Made by a program: the position numbers and the translations under genes
Assembly: GCA_038821645.1 (NCBI GenBank)
Contig: JAWBDT010000015.1
Coordinates: forward strand, 30,948 to 47,203
Direction of reading: 5' to 3'
DNA length: 16,256 nucleotides
Origin: Ignisphaera sp.
GTDB lineage: Archaea > Thermoproteota > Thermoprotei_A > Sulfolobales > Ignisphaeraceae
Part shown: positions 1 through 6,801 of the stretch, piece by piece
Numbering within the stretch: position 1 is the first letter of the stretch
Layout of the letters: each line of letters begins with the position of its first letter
Notes under the pieces: generated by a model
Database searches by the model: none
Told to the model about the DNA's origin: nothing
What the model saw: the letters and a program-made list of their open reading frames with translations, nothing else

Positions 1-2
1 GG

Positions 3-518
3 GAGAATCAGAATAGGCTTTGGGAAGAAGTTAGAGACTTGAGAAAAGATTTCATAATGTTTGATAAACGTTTAACTAGTCTAGAGAAACGTATTGATAG
101 ATTAGAGAAAGGTATGGGTTCTCTTGCTAAAGCTGTTGGTGTTACTCTTGATCACTATACAGCTACATTTGTTGAAGAAATCCTTAGATCTAGTGGTATA
201 CCAGAGGATAAGATCGACGTTAGAGTTGAGGTAGTTCTATCGTTTAAAGACATAGAAAGAGAAGTAGATATATTCAACAAAGATCCTCTAGTCGTAGGAG
301 AAGTAACAACATATATAGATAGCATCGAAAACGCTAGAAAAGAACTCAACAAAGTTCTAGAAGACATAAAGTTTGCAGAATCTATATTCAACAGAAGAGT
401 CTTTATGGCTATACTAGCTGTAGAGAATATACCTAAAGATGTTGCAGAATTTCTTGAAGAAGAATGTAGACGTCACGGCATTAAGCTTATATATGGAAAA
501 GAAATAGAAAAACTGTAA
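3..518 (+). CDS. 5'-truncated coiled-coil protein with C-terminal PD-(D/E)XK-like domain (crenarchaeal DUF3782/PaREP-like)
   Basis: The frame is open from the window edge (ENQNRLWEEVRDLRKDF...RLTSLEKRIDRLEK, heptad pattern), so the real start lies upstream. C-terminal EVDIF...VVGEVTT resembles a nuclease-fold D...ExK motif with K replaced by T. Confidence 0.7.
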   Translation, partial: ENQNRLWEEVRDLRKDFIMFDKRLTSLEKRIDRLEKGMGSLAKAVGVTLDHYTATFVEEILRSSGIPEDKIDVRVEVVLSFKDIEREVDIFNKDPLVVGEVTTYIDSIENARKELNKVLEDIKFAESIFNRRVFMAILAVENIPKDVAEFLEEECRRHGIKLIYGKEIEKL

Positions 519-582
519 GTAATATACAATATATCAATTAATAACAGTAACTTACCATAACAAACAAAAATATTTAAATATG

Positions 583-661
583 TGGCGGGCCCGAGGGGAT
601 TTGAACCCCTGACCACCGGCTCCGAAGGCCGGCGCTCTATTCCTGGCTGAGCTACGGGCCC
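583..661 (-). tRNA. tRNA-Arg (anticodon UCG), intronless, CCA encoded
   Basis: Reverse complement folds as a cloverleaf: GGGCCCG/CGGGCCC acceptor stem, GCTC/GAGC D-stem, CCGGC-CT-TCG-GA-GCCGG anticodon arm, AGGGG-TTCAAAT-CCCCT T-arm, ending GCCA. Confidence 0.97.
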
Positions 662-883
662 TTTAGATGTCTGTATCTGAGGTTTTTAGATCTTGATTAA
701 TATTACAACTTTGTTTATAGATTAAGGATGTTACTTGAATTTATAATTGATTAGAGCTGGCTATATAGCTTTAGGTATTTCATAGATTGGAGATGCAATA
801 GATGAAGATTATTATTATAGTTCATTTCTCGATCATTGTATCTTGTATATTCTGGTAATTGATCTGAATTTTGATTATTTGTT

Positions 884-938
884 TCAGTCTCGGGTTCTTA
901 CATCATTTGTTCAGAAGCAGCAGGCCTTACATCATCAT
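884..938 (-). ncRNA. C/D-box methylation guide sRNA (#1)
   Basis: Minus strand reads ATGATGA(C)-TGTAAGGCCTGCTGCTT-CTGA(D')-ACAA-ATGATGT(C')-AAGAACCCGAGA-CTGA(D). This is the canonical archaeal box order at about 55 nt, in intergenic DNA, with an upstream BRE/TATA. Confidence 0.88.
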
Positions 939-958
939 CTATGTTTTTTGTTGCGTGG

Positions 959-971
959 CTTAAATATTTTG
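959..971 (-). promoter_or_regulatory. BRE/TATA promoter of C/D sRNA #1
   Basis: Minus strand CAAAATATTTAAG lies about 21-33 nt upstream of the C box. Confidence 0.55.
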
Positions 972-1136
972 ACTTCTTATGTGTGTTATGTAGTTTGTTA
1001 CTAGCTATTTTTGTAATAGCATACTAGAATTAGTTGGGGTTTGTTCTGGCCTTAATAATCATAAGGTATGTAGACAATCTCTATTGTTTATAATATCTTG
1101 ATTACTTGTAGTGATGTGGTTAAACAAGTTAGATCT

Positions 1137-2039
1137 CTACTTATTGATATATTTCTCTTTAATGTAATTAAGTATTGAGAGGGTAGCTACTATGGCTTCT
1201 TCTGTTCTTATATTTTCGACTCCTTGTCTAGGTACAAAGTTAACGATATAGTTAGCATACTTATCGATATCTATACCCTCGTTTATCGCTATCTCGTCTA
1301 CATCTAGGTAAGTTCCTCCAAAGACTACTAACACATTATGTTTATTTCTAAAATCATCTACAATATAGTTCTCTAAATCGTATAACGGTTTACCCTTCTT
1401 TGATGCTACAATAATTAGATAACCATTCTTATACACAAAATCAAGCATCTCTTTCAAAGAACTTATGCTCTGCACCCTATATCCCCAGTAAATATCTAGA
1501 GACTCTCTATCAACAATCTCTACATAATAATATCTGCTATCTTCATGAACTATCTCTACAGTAATCCGCGTATTTACACTAGGGCATCTACCTCTCATTA
1601 CACCTTTCTTATCTAGACCAAGCTCAATTAAGCATTTACTTTCTGACCTACTAATAACGATACCCTCACGATATTGTGTATCAAATATCTCTGGAGGAAC
1701 ATGGTGTGGTGTTTTAAGTGGGGGTAGAAGTCCCACATACCTTAATTCTTGAGTAATTGGTACAACGATTTTCTTCATATATGGTGGAACCTCCATATAG
1801 TTGAGTACGCTTTGAATAAATCTTACATGATCAGCATCTGTATCTGGATCTCTGTATATGAATATATTTTCGACACGAAATATTGCAGCAGCTCTACCTA
1901 TAGATCCTACCTTTAGTGTCTGTTCACGTAGAGTCTTTGCATCTAATACTACTGATGCTGGTATAGCTATAGATATGAATGGTTTTGTTCTAAGAGGCCT
2001 CATGTACCTTCTATGCACATCTACTTCATCTATCTTCAT
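1137..2039 (-). CDS. SPOUT-family RNA methyltransferase (DUF171/MTH1/C9orf114-like, with OB insertion)
   Basis: 300-aa ORF with ISIAIPASVV, IGRAAAIFRVENIFIY, LNYMEVPPY, LRYVGLLPPLKTPHH, YWGY, VVFGG and NFVPRQGVENIRTEEA, all typical of this family. Confidence 0.92.
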   Translation of the reverse strand: MKIDEVDVHRRYMRPLRTKPFISIAIPASVVLDAKTLREQTLKVGSIGRAAAIFRVENIFIYRDPDTDADHVRFIQSVLNYMEVPPYMKKIVVPITQELRYVGLLPPLKTPHHVPPEIFDTQYREGIVISRSESKCLIELGLDKKGVMRGRCPSVNTRITVEIVHEDSRYYYVEIVDRESLDIYWGYRVQSISSLKEMLDFVYKNGYLIIVASKKGKPLYDLENYIVDDFRNKHNVLVVFGGTYLDVDEIAINEGIDIDKYANYIVNFVPRQGVENIRTEEAIVATLSILNYIKEKYINK

Positions 2040-2056
2040 CTATCTACAACCTGAAA

Positions 2057-2084
2057 ATCTATAAACTTGCCACAGTTTATAGAT
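2057..2084. promoter_or_regulatory. Inverted repeat forming back-to-back TATA boxes (bidirectional promoter)
   Basis: ATCTATAAACT-tgccac-AGTTTATAGAT has perfect 11-bp arms. Each arm reads TTTATAGA outward, about 20-30 nt from the SPOUT ATG (2039, minus) and the C box (2108, plus). Confidence 0.65.
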
Positions 2085-2107
2085 ATCTATTAGTGATATA
2101 GGCCTAG

Positions 2108-2166
2108 ATGATGATCCCTTCATGCACTGAATACGTAATGAAAATGATGTGTGCTGGGATACCTGA
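2108..2166 (+). ncRNA. C/D-box methylation guide sRNA (#2)
   Basis: ATGATGA(C, 2108-2114)-TCCCTTCATGCA-CTGA(D', 2127-2130)-13 nt-ATGATGT(C', 2144-2150)-GTGCTGGGATAC-CTGA(D, 2163-2166). Both guides are exactly 12 nt. Confidence 0.88.
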
Positions 2167-2206
2167 GAATCTCAATATTATCTCCATAGCATAAATACTA
2201 ACAACA

Positions 2207-2214
2207 TTAATAAA
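2207..2214 (+). promoter_or_regulatory. TATA box for the H/ACA sRNA
   Basis: TTAATAAA lies 24-31 nt upstream of the hairpin start at 2238. Confidence 0.5.
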
Positions 2215-2237
2215 GAGTTATACAAAATACAGTTAAT

Positions 2238-2314
2238 GCCCCCTGTGGCCAGACTCGTGTGAATATGATCCATAGGGTGATAATGATCACGAGATCTCCG
2301 CAGGGGGTACAAGA
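2238..2314 (+). ncRNA. Single-hairpin H/ACA pseudouridylation guide sRNA with K-turn
   Basis: 11-bp basal stem GCCCCCTGTGG(2238-2248)/CCGCAGGGGGT(2298-2308) is followed directly by ACA (2309-2311). Internal pocket CCAGA/ATCT, upper stem CTCGTG/CACGAG, and TGA...ATGAT K-turn elements are present. The top of the pocket is 15 nt from ACA. Confidence 0.82.
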
Positions 2315-2355
2315 ATCTCATGGTATAGAGAAAATCTATCAACACTCTTTATTCA

Positions 2356-2790
2356 CTAACCTATTATGGCAATAGGCTGTCCAATATCAATGAAGCTTTT
2401 CTCTTTTGCTAATATCTTCTTTATCTTACCGTTAAAGGGGCTCTTTAGCTCTATCATCATCTTCATAGATTCTATAATCGCTATAGACTGACCTTGGCTA
2501 ACGCTATCACCCTCATTAACAAGAAACTTTACGAGTCTTCCAGGTATATCGCTACGGATAACCATACCCTCCGGCTCTAAATCATTTAAAGTTTGTTGAG
2601 ATATAGATTCAGTAGCTATAATATCCGATCTTTCTATGCTTTCTCTTGCTATATTGCTAAGTAGCTCTTTAGTTACATGAATCACATATTCTCTATCCCC
2701 AATTCTAGCTACATAGGTATCCTTCTCTTTCTCATATACCTCTACCTCATATTTTTTATTATTGATAACAACAGTGAGCTTTGTTCCCAT
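2356..2790 (-). CDS. Biotin carboxyl carrier protein (biotinyl-domain subunit)
   Basis: C-terminal biotinyl domain (IRSDIPGRLVKFLVNEGDSV...IIESMKMMIELKSPFNGKI) with the MKM biotinylation motif. The N-terminal VVINNKKYEVEV segment is typical of carrier subunits. Confidence 0.93.
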   Translation of the reverse strand: MGTKLTVVINNKKYEVEVYEKEKDTYVARIGDREYVIHVTKELLSNIARESIERSDIIATESISQQTLNDLEPEGMVIRSDIPGRLVKFLVNEGDSVSQGQSIAIIESMKMMIELKSPFNGKIKKILAKEKSFIDIGQPIAIIG

Positions 2791-2980
2791 TACCAGTACC
2801 TACTCAGTGATGAATTTCCGGAGAGATATATAAGATTTAATATAGCTGTTCAAAAACCTATGCACATAGCATTATATCTTCTATTAAGGATCTTAGAAAT
2901 CTATATCCTTGGAGACCTACTACAGCTCCCTACTCCATATATCAATCATAAGAGTTGCATTAGCTAATACAGATACTCTT

Positions 2981-2995
2981 CAAAAGTCTTAAATA
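2981..2995 (+). promoter_or_regulatory. Putative BRE/TATA of the carboxyltransferase gene
   Basis: CAAAAGTCTTAAATA lies about 35-50 nt upstream of ATG 3030, with an SD-like GAAGGT before the start. Confidence 0.4.
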
Positions 2996-3029
2996 GTTGC
3001 CCTCAACCATTATCTAGAAGGTATTAGTA

Positions 3030-4613
3030 ATGAGCTTAACTCAGGAAGGTACACGTAGAGAAATTCAAGAGCTTAGAGAAATGATCAACAGAGCTAGAAT
3101 TGGTGGTGGACGTGAAGCTATAGAGAAACAACATTCTCAGGGAAAGCTTACAGCAAGAGAAAGACTTGATATACTGTTTGATGGTGGAAACTATATAGAG
3201 ATAGACATGTTTGTTATGTCTAGAGCTACAGAATTCGATATGGATAAAAAGAAGGTTCCTGGAGATGGTGTTATTACAGCATTTGGTAAAATTGATGGTA
3301 GATATGTTGTAGGTATTGCACAAGACTTTACAGTAATAGGTGGATCTGTAGGAGAAATGCATGCTTCAAAAATTGTTAAAGCTCTTCAATATGCTTTAAG
3401 TGTAGGTGTTCCAGTAGTTTTCTTAAATGATTCTGGTGGTGCTAGGATACAGGAAGGAGTAGACTCTCTTAAAGGTTATGGAGATATATTCTATATGAAT
3501 GTAGCTGCTTCTGGTGTTATTCCACAAATCGCCGTGGTCATGGGTCCTTGTGCTGGAGGTGCTGTATATTCACCTGCTTTAATGGATTTCATCATAATGG
3601 TCGAAAAAACATCATACATGTTCATTACAGGTCCTCGTGTCGTTAAAGCAGCTTTAGGTGAAGAAGTAACAGAAGAAGAGCTTGGGGGGCCTCAGATACA
3701 TATGTCTAAGAGTGGTGTAGCGCATTTTGTTGCTAGAGATGATAAGGAAGCTATATATCTCGTTAAAAAACTCTTGAGCTATCTACCATCAAACAATATG
3801 GAGATGCCGCCAAGAGTAGAGACAGGTGATGAGCCAGAGAGGATTACCCCATCTCTAGACACCATAGTGCCTGAAGATACTAAAAAACCCTACAACATGT
3901 ATGAAATAATAGAAAATGTTGTAGACAGAGGATCATTTTTTGAGATTCAAAAAGAGTTTGCTAAAAACGCTATAGTTGGTTTCGCACGAGTAAACGGCTA
4001 TGTTGTTGGAGTAGTTGCAAATAACCCAATGTACTACATGGGTGCACTCGATATAGATTCTTCAGATAAGATAGCCAGATTCGTAAGATTTTGTGATGCA
4101 TTCAATATACCGATAATCACATTCGTAGATGTACCAGGGTTTGTACCTGGTACATATCAAGAGCATAGAGGAATCATAAGGCATGGAGCTAAGATAATAT
4201 ATGCTTATAGTGAAGCCACAGTACCTAAGATAACAGTAATCGTGAGGAAAGCATATGGAGGTGCCTACATAGCGTTAGGCTCAAAACATCTTGGAGCAGA
4301 CATGGTTTTTGCATGGCCTACAGCAGAAATAGCTGTTATGGGTCCTGAAGCTGCTGCTGAAGTCATTTGGCGCAAGAAGCTTGACGCTATAACTGATCCT
4401 AGTGAAAGAGAGAAGATGTTACAAAAACTTGCAGAAGAATATAGAGAGAAACTTGCGAAACCTTATTATGCTGCTTCTAGAGGTTATGTCGATATGGTCA
4501 TAGAACCTAGCGTAACTAGACCGATGATAGTAAAAACACTAGAATTCTTGTTGTCAAAGAGGGAAATTAGGTTAAGGATTCCACCTAAGAAGCATGGATT
4601 GATGCCTCTATAG
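3030..4613 (+). CDS. Acyl-CoA carboxyltransferase subunit (PccB / methylmalonyl-CoA decarboxylase alpha family)
   Basis: 527 aa with GKLTARERL, QDFTVIGGS, DSGGARIQEG, GPCAGGAVYSPALMDF, FVDVPGF, IIRHGAK and RKAYGGAY, ending PPKKHGLMPL. Confidence 0.95.
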   Translation: MSLTQEGTRREIQELREMINRARIGGGREAIEKQHSQGKLTARERLDILFDGGNYIEIDMFVMSRATEFDMDKKKVPGDGVITAFGKIDGRYVVGIAQDFTVIGGSVGEMHASKIVKALQYALSVGVPVVFLNDSGGARIQEGVDSLKGYGDIFYMNVAASGVIPQIAVVMGPCAGGAVYSPALMDFIIMVEKTSYMFITGPRVVKAALGEEVTEEELGGPQIHMSKSGVAHFVARDDKEAIYLVKKLLSYLPSNNMEMPPRVETGDEPERITPSLDTIVPEDTKKPYNMYEIIENVVDRGSFFEIQKEFAKNAIVGFARVNGYVVGVVANNPMYYMGALDIDSSDKIARFVRFCDAFNIPIITFVDVPGFVPGTYQEHRGIIRHGAKIIYAYSEATVPKITVIVRKAYGGAYIALGSKHLGADMVFAWPTAEIAVMGPEAAAEVIWRKKLDAITDPSEREKMLQKLAEEYREKLAKPYYAASRGYVDMVIEPSVTRPMIVKTLEFLLSKREIRLRIPPKKHGLMPL

Positions 4614-4636
4614 GGTTTATATAGAGCTTGTAGAGA

Positions 4637-5365
4637 ATGACCCCAAAATTTCATGAAATAGTTAGAGATGAGTATCTAGATAGAATTCTAATGTATGCTA
4701 AAGTACTGATTGAAGTAGAGAATATCATAGAGGAATTGATAGAAGATATTGATACAACTCCCCCAGGTTTAAGTTTAAAGATTGAAGGGATATATACCGA
4801 TAGAATAGATAATGTGATAAAGGTGTACATAAACTTAGGTAAGAGATGTAGCTTAGAGAAGAAAGTGGACAACATATCGATAGAGATAGAATGCAAAAAT
4901 GTGTATCCTAACTCCAATGAAGTTTATAGAACGCTAATTGTAGAGTTAATGAGGTTAGCGATAAAATCTCTTAAACCGTATATAAATAGAAGCAAAGAAT
5001 ACATGTTTATAACGATTCTAGGTAGTAAGACTAGTGGTACACTTGTTCTCGAAGGTGAAGAAAAGAACATAACAATACCATATATTCCCGGCACAATATT
5101 TATTTGTCACACTCATCCAAAAACGTATTCAGCGATTTTCTCTAAAAACGATATACTCTCTTTACTTGATATTCTATCTAACCAAGGCTTTGGATCCTGC
5201 GTTATAACACCTTCTACACAATTTACCATATACAGATACAGACCATTCGTCATAGAAGACTACTACAAGTTATTTAGGATAGCCAAAGAATACGAATACC
5301 TAGATTATGTATTATTTCATAGAATCGGCTTCTCATCCTTAGAGAGTATATACAGTACGATCTGA
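4637..5365 (+). CDS. Hypothetical protein with C-terminal JAB/MPN(JAMM)-like metal-binding motif
   Basis: 242-aa ORF starting 23 nt after the carboxyltransferase. It has an upstream KEYMFI and the motif FICHTHPKTYSAIFSKND (HxH-x8-SxxD) at 5108-5152. Confidence 0.7.
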   Translation: MTPKFHEIVRDEYLDRILMYAKVLIEVENIIEELIEDIDTTPPGLSLKIEGIYTDRIDNVIKVYINLGKRCSLEKKVDNISIEIECKNVYPNSNEVYRTLIVELMRLAIKSLKPYINRSKEYMFITILGSKTSGTLVLEGEEKNITIPYIPGTIFICHTHPKTYSAIFSKNDILSLLDILSNQGFGSCVITPSTQFTIYRYRPFVIEDYYKLFRIAKEYEYLDYVLFHRIGFSSLESIYSTI

Positions 5366-6154
5366 TTATTCTCTGGGATAAATCTTGGTAAACCTTGTGG
5401 GAATAGCTATATAGATCTCTACATACTTATCTAATCCACTTGTTTTAACCTTAGGTAACAAGACTTCTTCAAGCTGAAATAGACCTGCGTATTCATCCAT
5501 GTGTATAACTATTTTAACTGGTTTTTCAGTACCCTGCTCTACTTCAACTCTCTTTATAGTTATAGCTGAAACAGCATGCATATCTAGTTTACCTAATTTA
5601 TAGGGAACTCTTGCTCTACCTTCAGCCATATCGAGTCCATCACCAATTTTCACAACACCACATTCTGTTGTTAGACACCGAACATTGTATTCTGTAGCGT
5701 ATATTGCATGCATAATTTCTTGCCTAATGGCGATAAGCCTTCTATCTACAAAGCCTAGCTTTGGTAATAACCTATTGAGTATGTCTTTAGCTAAAAGAGC
5801 TCCTAGAAACTCGTGGTTAGCTCTATGAACAGCATTACCTATATCATGAAAATATGCTGCAAATAGTACAACAAGTTTAGCTTCATCTACATTCTTGGTT
5901 GTTCCATCTCTTATAGTAGTTAACTCTATATTGTTACGAATGAGAATATCTACAAGTTCTAAAGCTACACCTCCAACTATTCTTGCATGAACTATTCCAT
6001 GATCATTATATCTAAGTCTTGTAACAGCCATAATGTTGCTCATCTTCAATAGCTCTAAAACCTCATCATCTTCCTCAAGTATACGAAATGCTGACCTTAG
6101 AAGAGATGAAGCTTCAACATGTTTGTAGATGAGTTGAGAGGATACGATAACCAT
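5366..6154 (-). CDS. HD-superfamily metal-dependent phosphohydrolase (COG3294-like)
   Basis: YNDHGIVHARIV, AAYFHDIGNAVHR and GDGLDMAEGRARVPY. ATG 6154 is preferred over GTG 6163 because AGGTGA lies 5 nt upstream; TTTATAAA is at 6183-6190. Confidence 0.9.
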   Translation of the reverse strand: MVIVSSQLIYKHVEASSLLRSAFRILEEDDEVLELLKMSNIMAVTRLRYNDHGIVHARIVGGVALELVDILIRNNIELTTIRDGTTKNVDEAKLVVLFAAYFHDIGNAVHRANHEFLGALLAKDILNRLLPKLGFVDRRLIAIRQEIMHAIYATEYNVRCLTTECGVVKIGDGLDMAEGRARVPYKLGKLDMHAVSAITIKRVEVEQGTEKPVKIVIHMDEYAGLFQLEEVLLPKVKTSGLDKYVEIYIAIPTRFTKIYPRE

Positions 6155-6274
6155 AACAATCACCTTTATCTATGGAACATTATTTATAAACAGTATACTG
6201 CCGTAGAGATTTAAGAGCGTATATTGAAATAGTGTGTAGCGTGTTATTTACAAGAGAGATATAGTTGTACAGTA

Positions 6275-6787
6275 TTACATTTTCAAAACTTCATTAACTC
6301 TCTCTATAAAGGTTTGTAGAATCCTCAAGTATGTTGATATACTGTTCAAAATAGATGTACTGTTTCCGTAAATGAGATACATGGAGGGTTCAATAATAGC
6401 TGGAAGATTTTTTGTCTTTAATACCTTAACTAAGAATGTATCGTTTTTTGTTGTTTTCTCTACCAGACATACATGGTTCTCTATCTCCATATACCCTACA
6501 AATCTTTTAGATAAACCCTTTGGAACAGGTTTTATCCCTATCTTTCTCCATATATTGTCATCCGATTTGATAATCTTTATCACAAGCCTTAAATAGATAT
6601 TGAAGAACCCCTTTATACTAGATAAACATTTTATGCCTTCTTCTACATCATCGAGAAGCAAAATATGTAGGATTCTTTTTTCGCTATCTCCATACAGTTT
6701 CTTAACAGAACATTGGCTAGCTATTTTAAGTGCTTTTGCGTAGCCGAAGTCTGGGTCAATAGTTATATCGATTATGGCTTGAATCAT
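6275..6787 (-). CDS. Hypothetical protein (170 aa)
   Basis: Starts 14 nt after the valS stop on the same strand. Composition is protein-like, but no motif was recognised. Confidence 0.7.
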   Translation of the reverse strand: MIQAIIDITIDPDFGYAKALKIASQCSVKKLYGDSEKRILHILLLDDVEEGIKCLSSIKGFFNIYLRLVIKIIKSDDNIWRKIGIKPVPKGLSKRFVGYMEIENHVCLVEKTTKNDTFLVKVLKTKNLPAIIEPSMYLIYGNSTSILNSISTYLRILQTFIERVNEVLKM

Positions 6788-6801
6788 AGTTGTAGCTAAC
6801 C

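Noticed and set aside
155-391. Antisense 78-aa ORF, and similar shadow ORFs at 1858-2064, 3036-3362, 4651-4917, 6372-6596, 7520-7708, 7767-7973, 8750-9125, 10687-10950, 12516-12896, 13466-13651 and 13752-13937
   Set aside because: They overlap longer, better-supported genes and show no recognisable motifs.
2807-2813. Isolated GTGATGA C-box
   Set aside because: No CTGA D'/D boxes follow at guide spacing.
2677-2967. 96-aa plus-strand ORF
   Set aside because: It overlaps the biotin carrier gene antisense and spans its promoter region. The hydrophobic start is the mirror of Lys/Glu codons on the other strand.
2791-3029. Possible small decarboxylase delta/epsilon subunit upstream of the biotin carrier
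   Set aside because: All three minus-strand frames were read by hand and contain frequent stops, with no suitable start-to-stop ORF.
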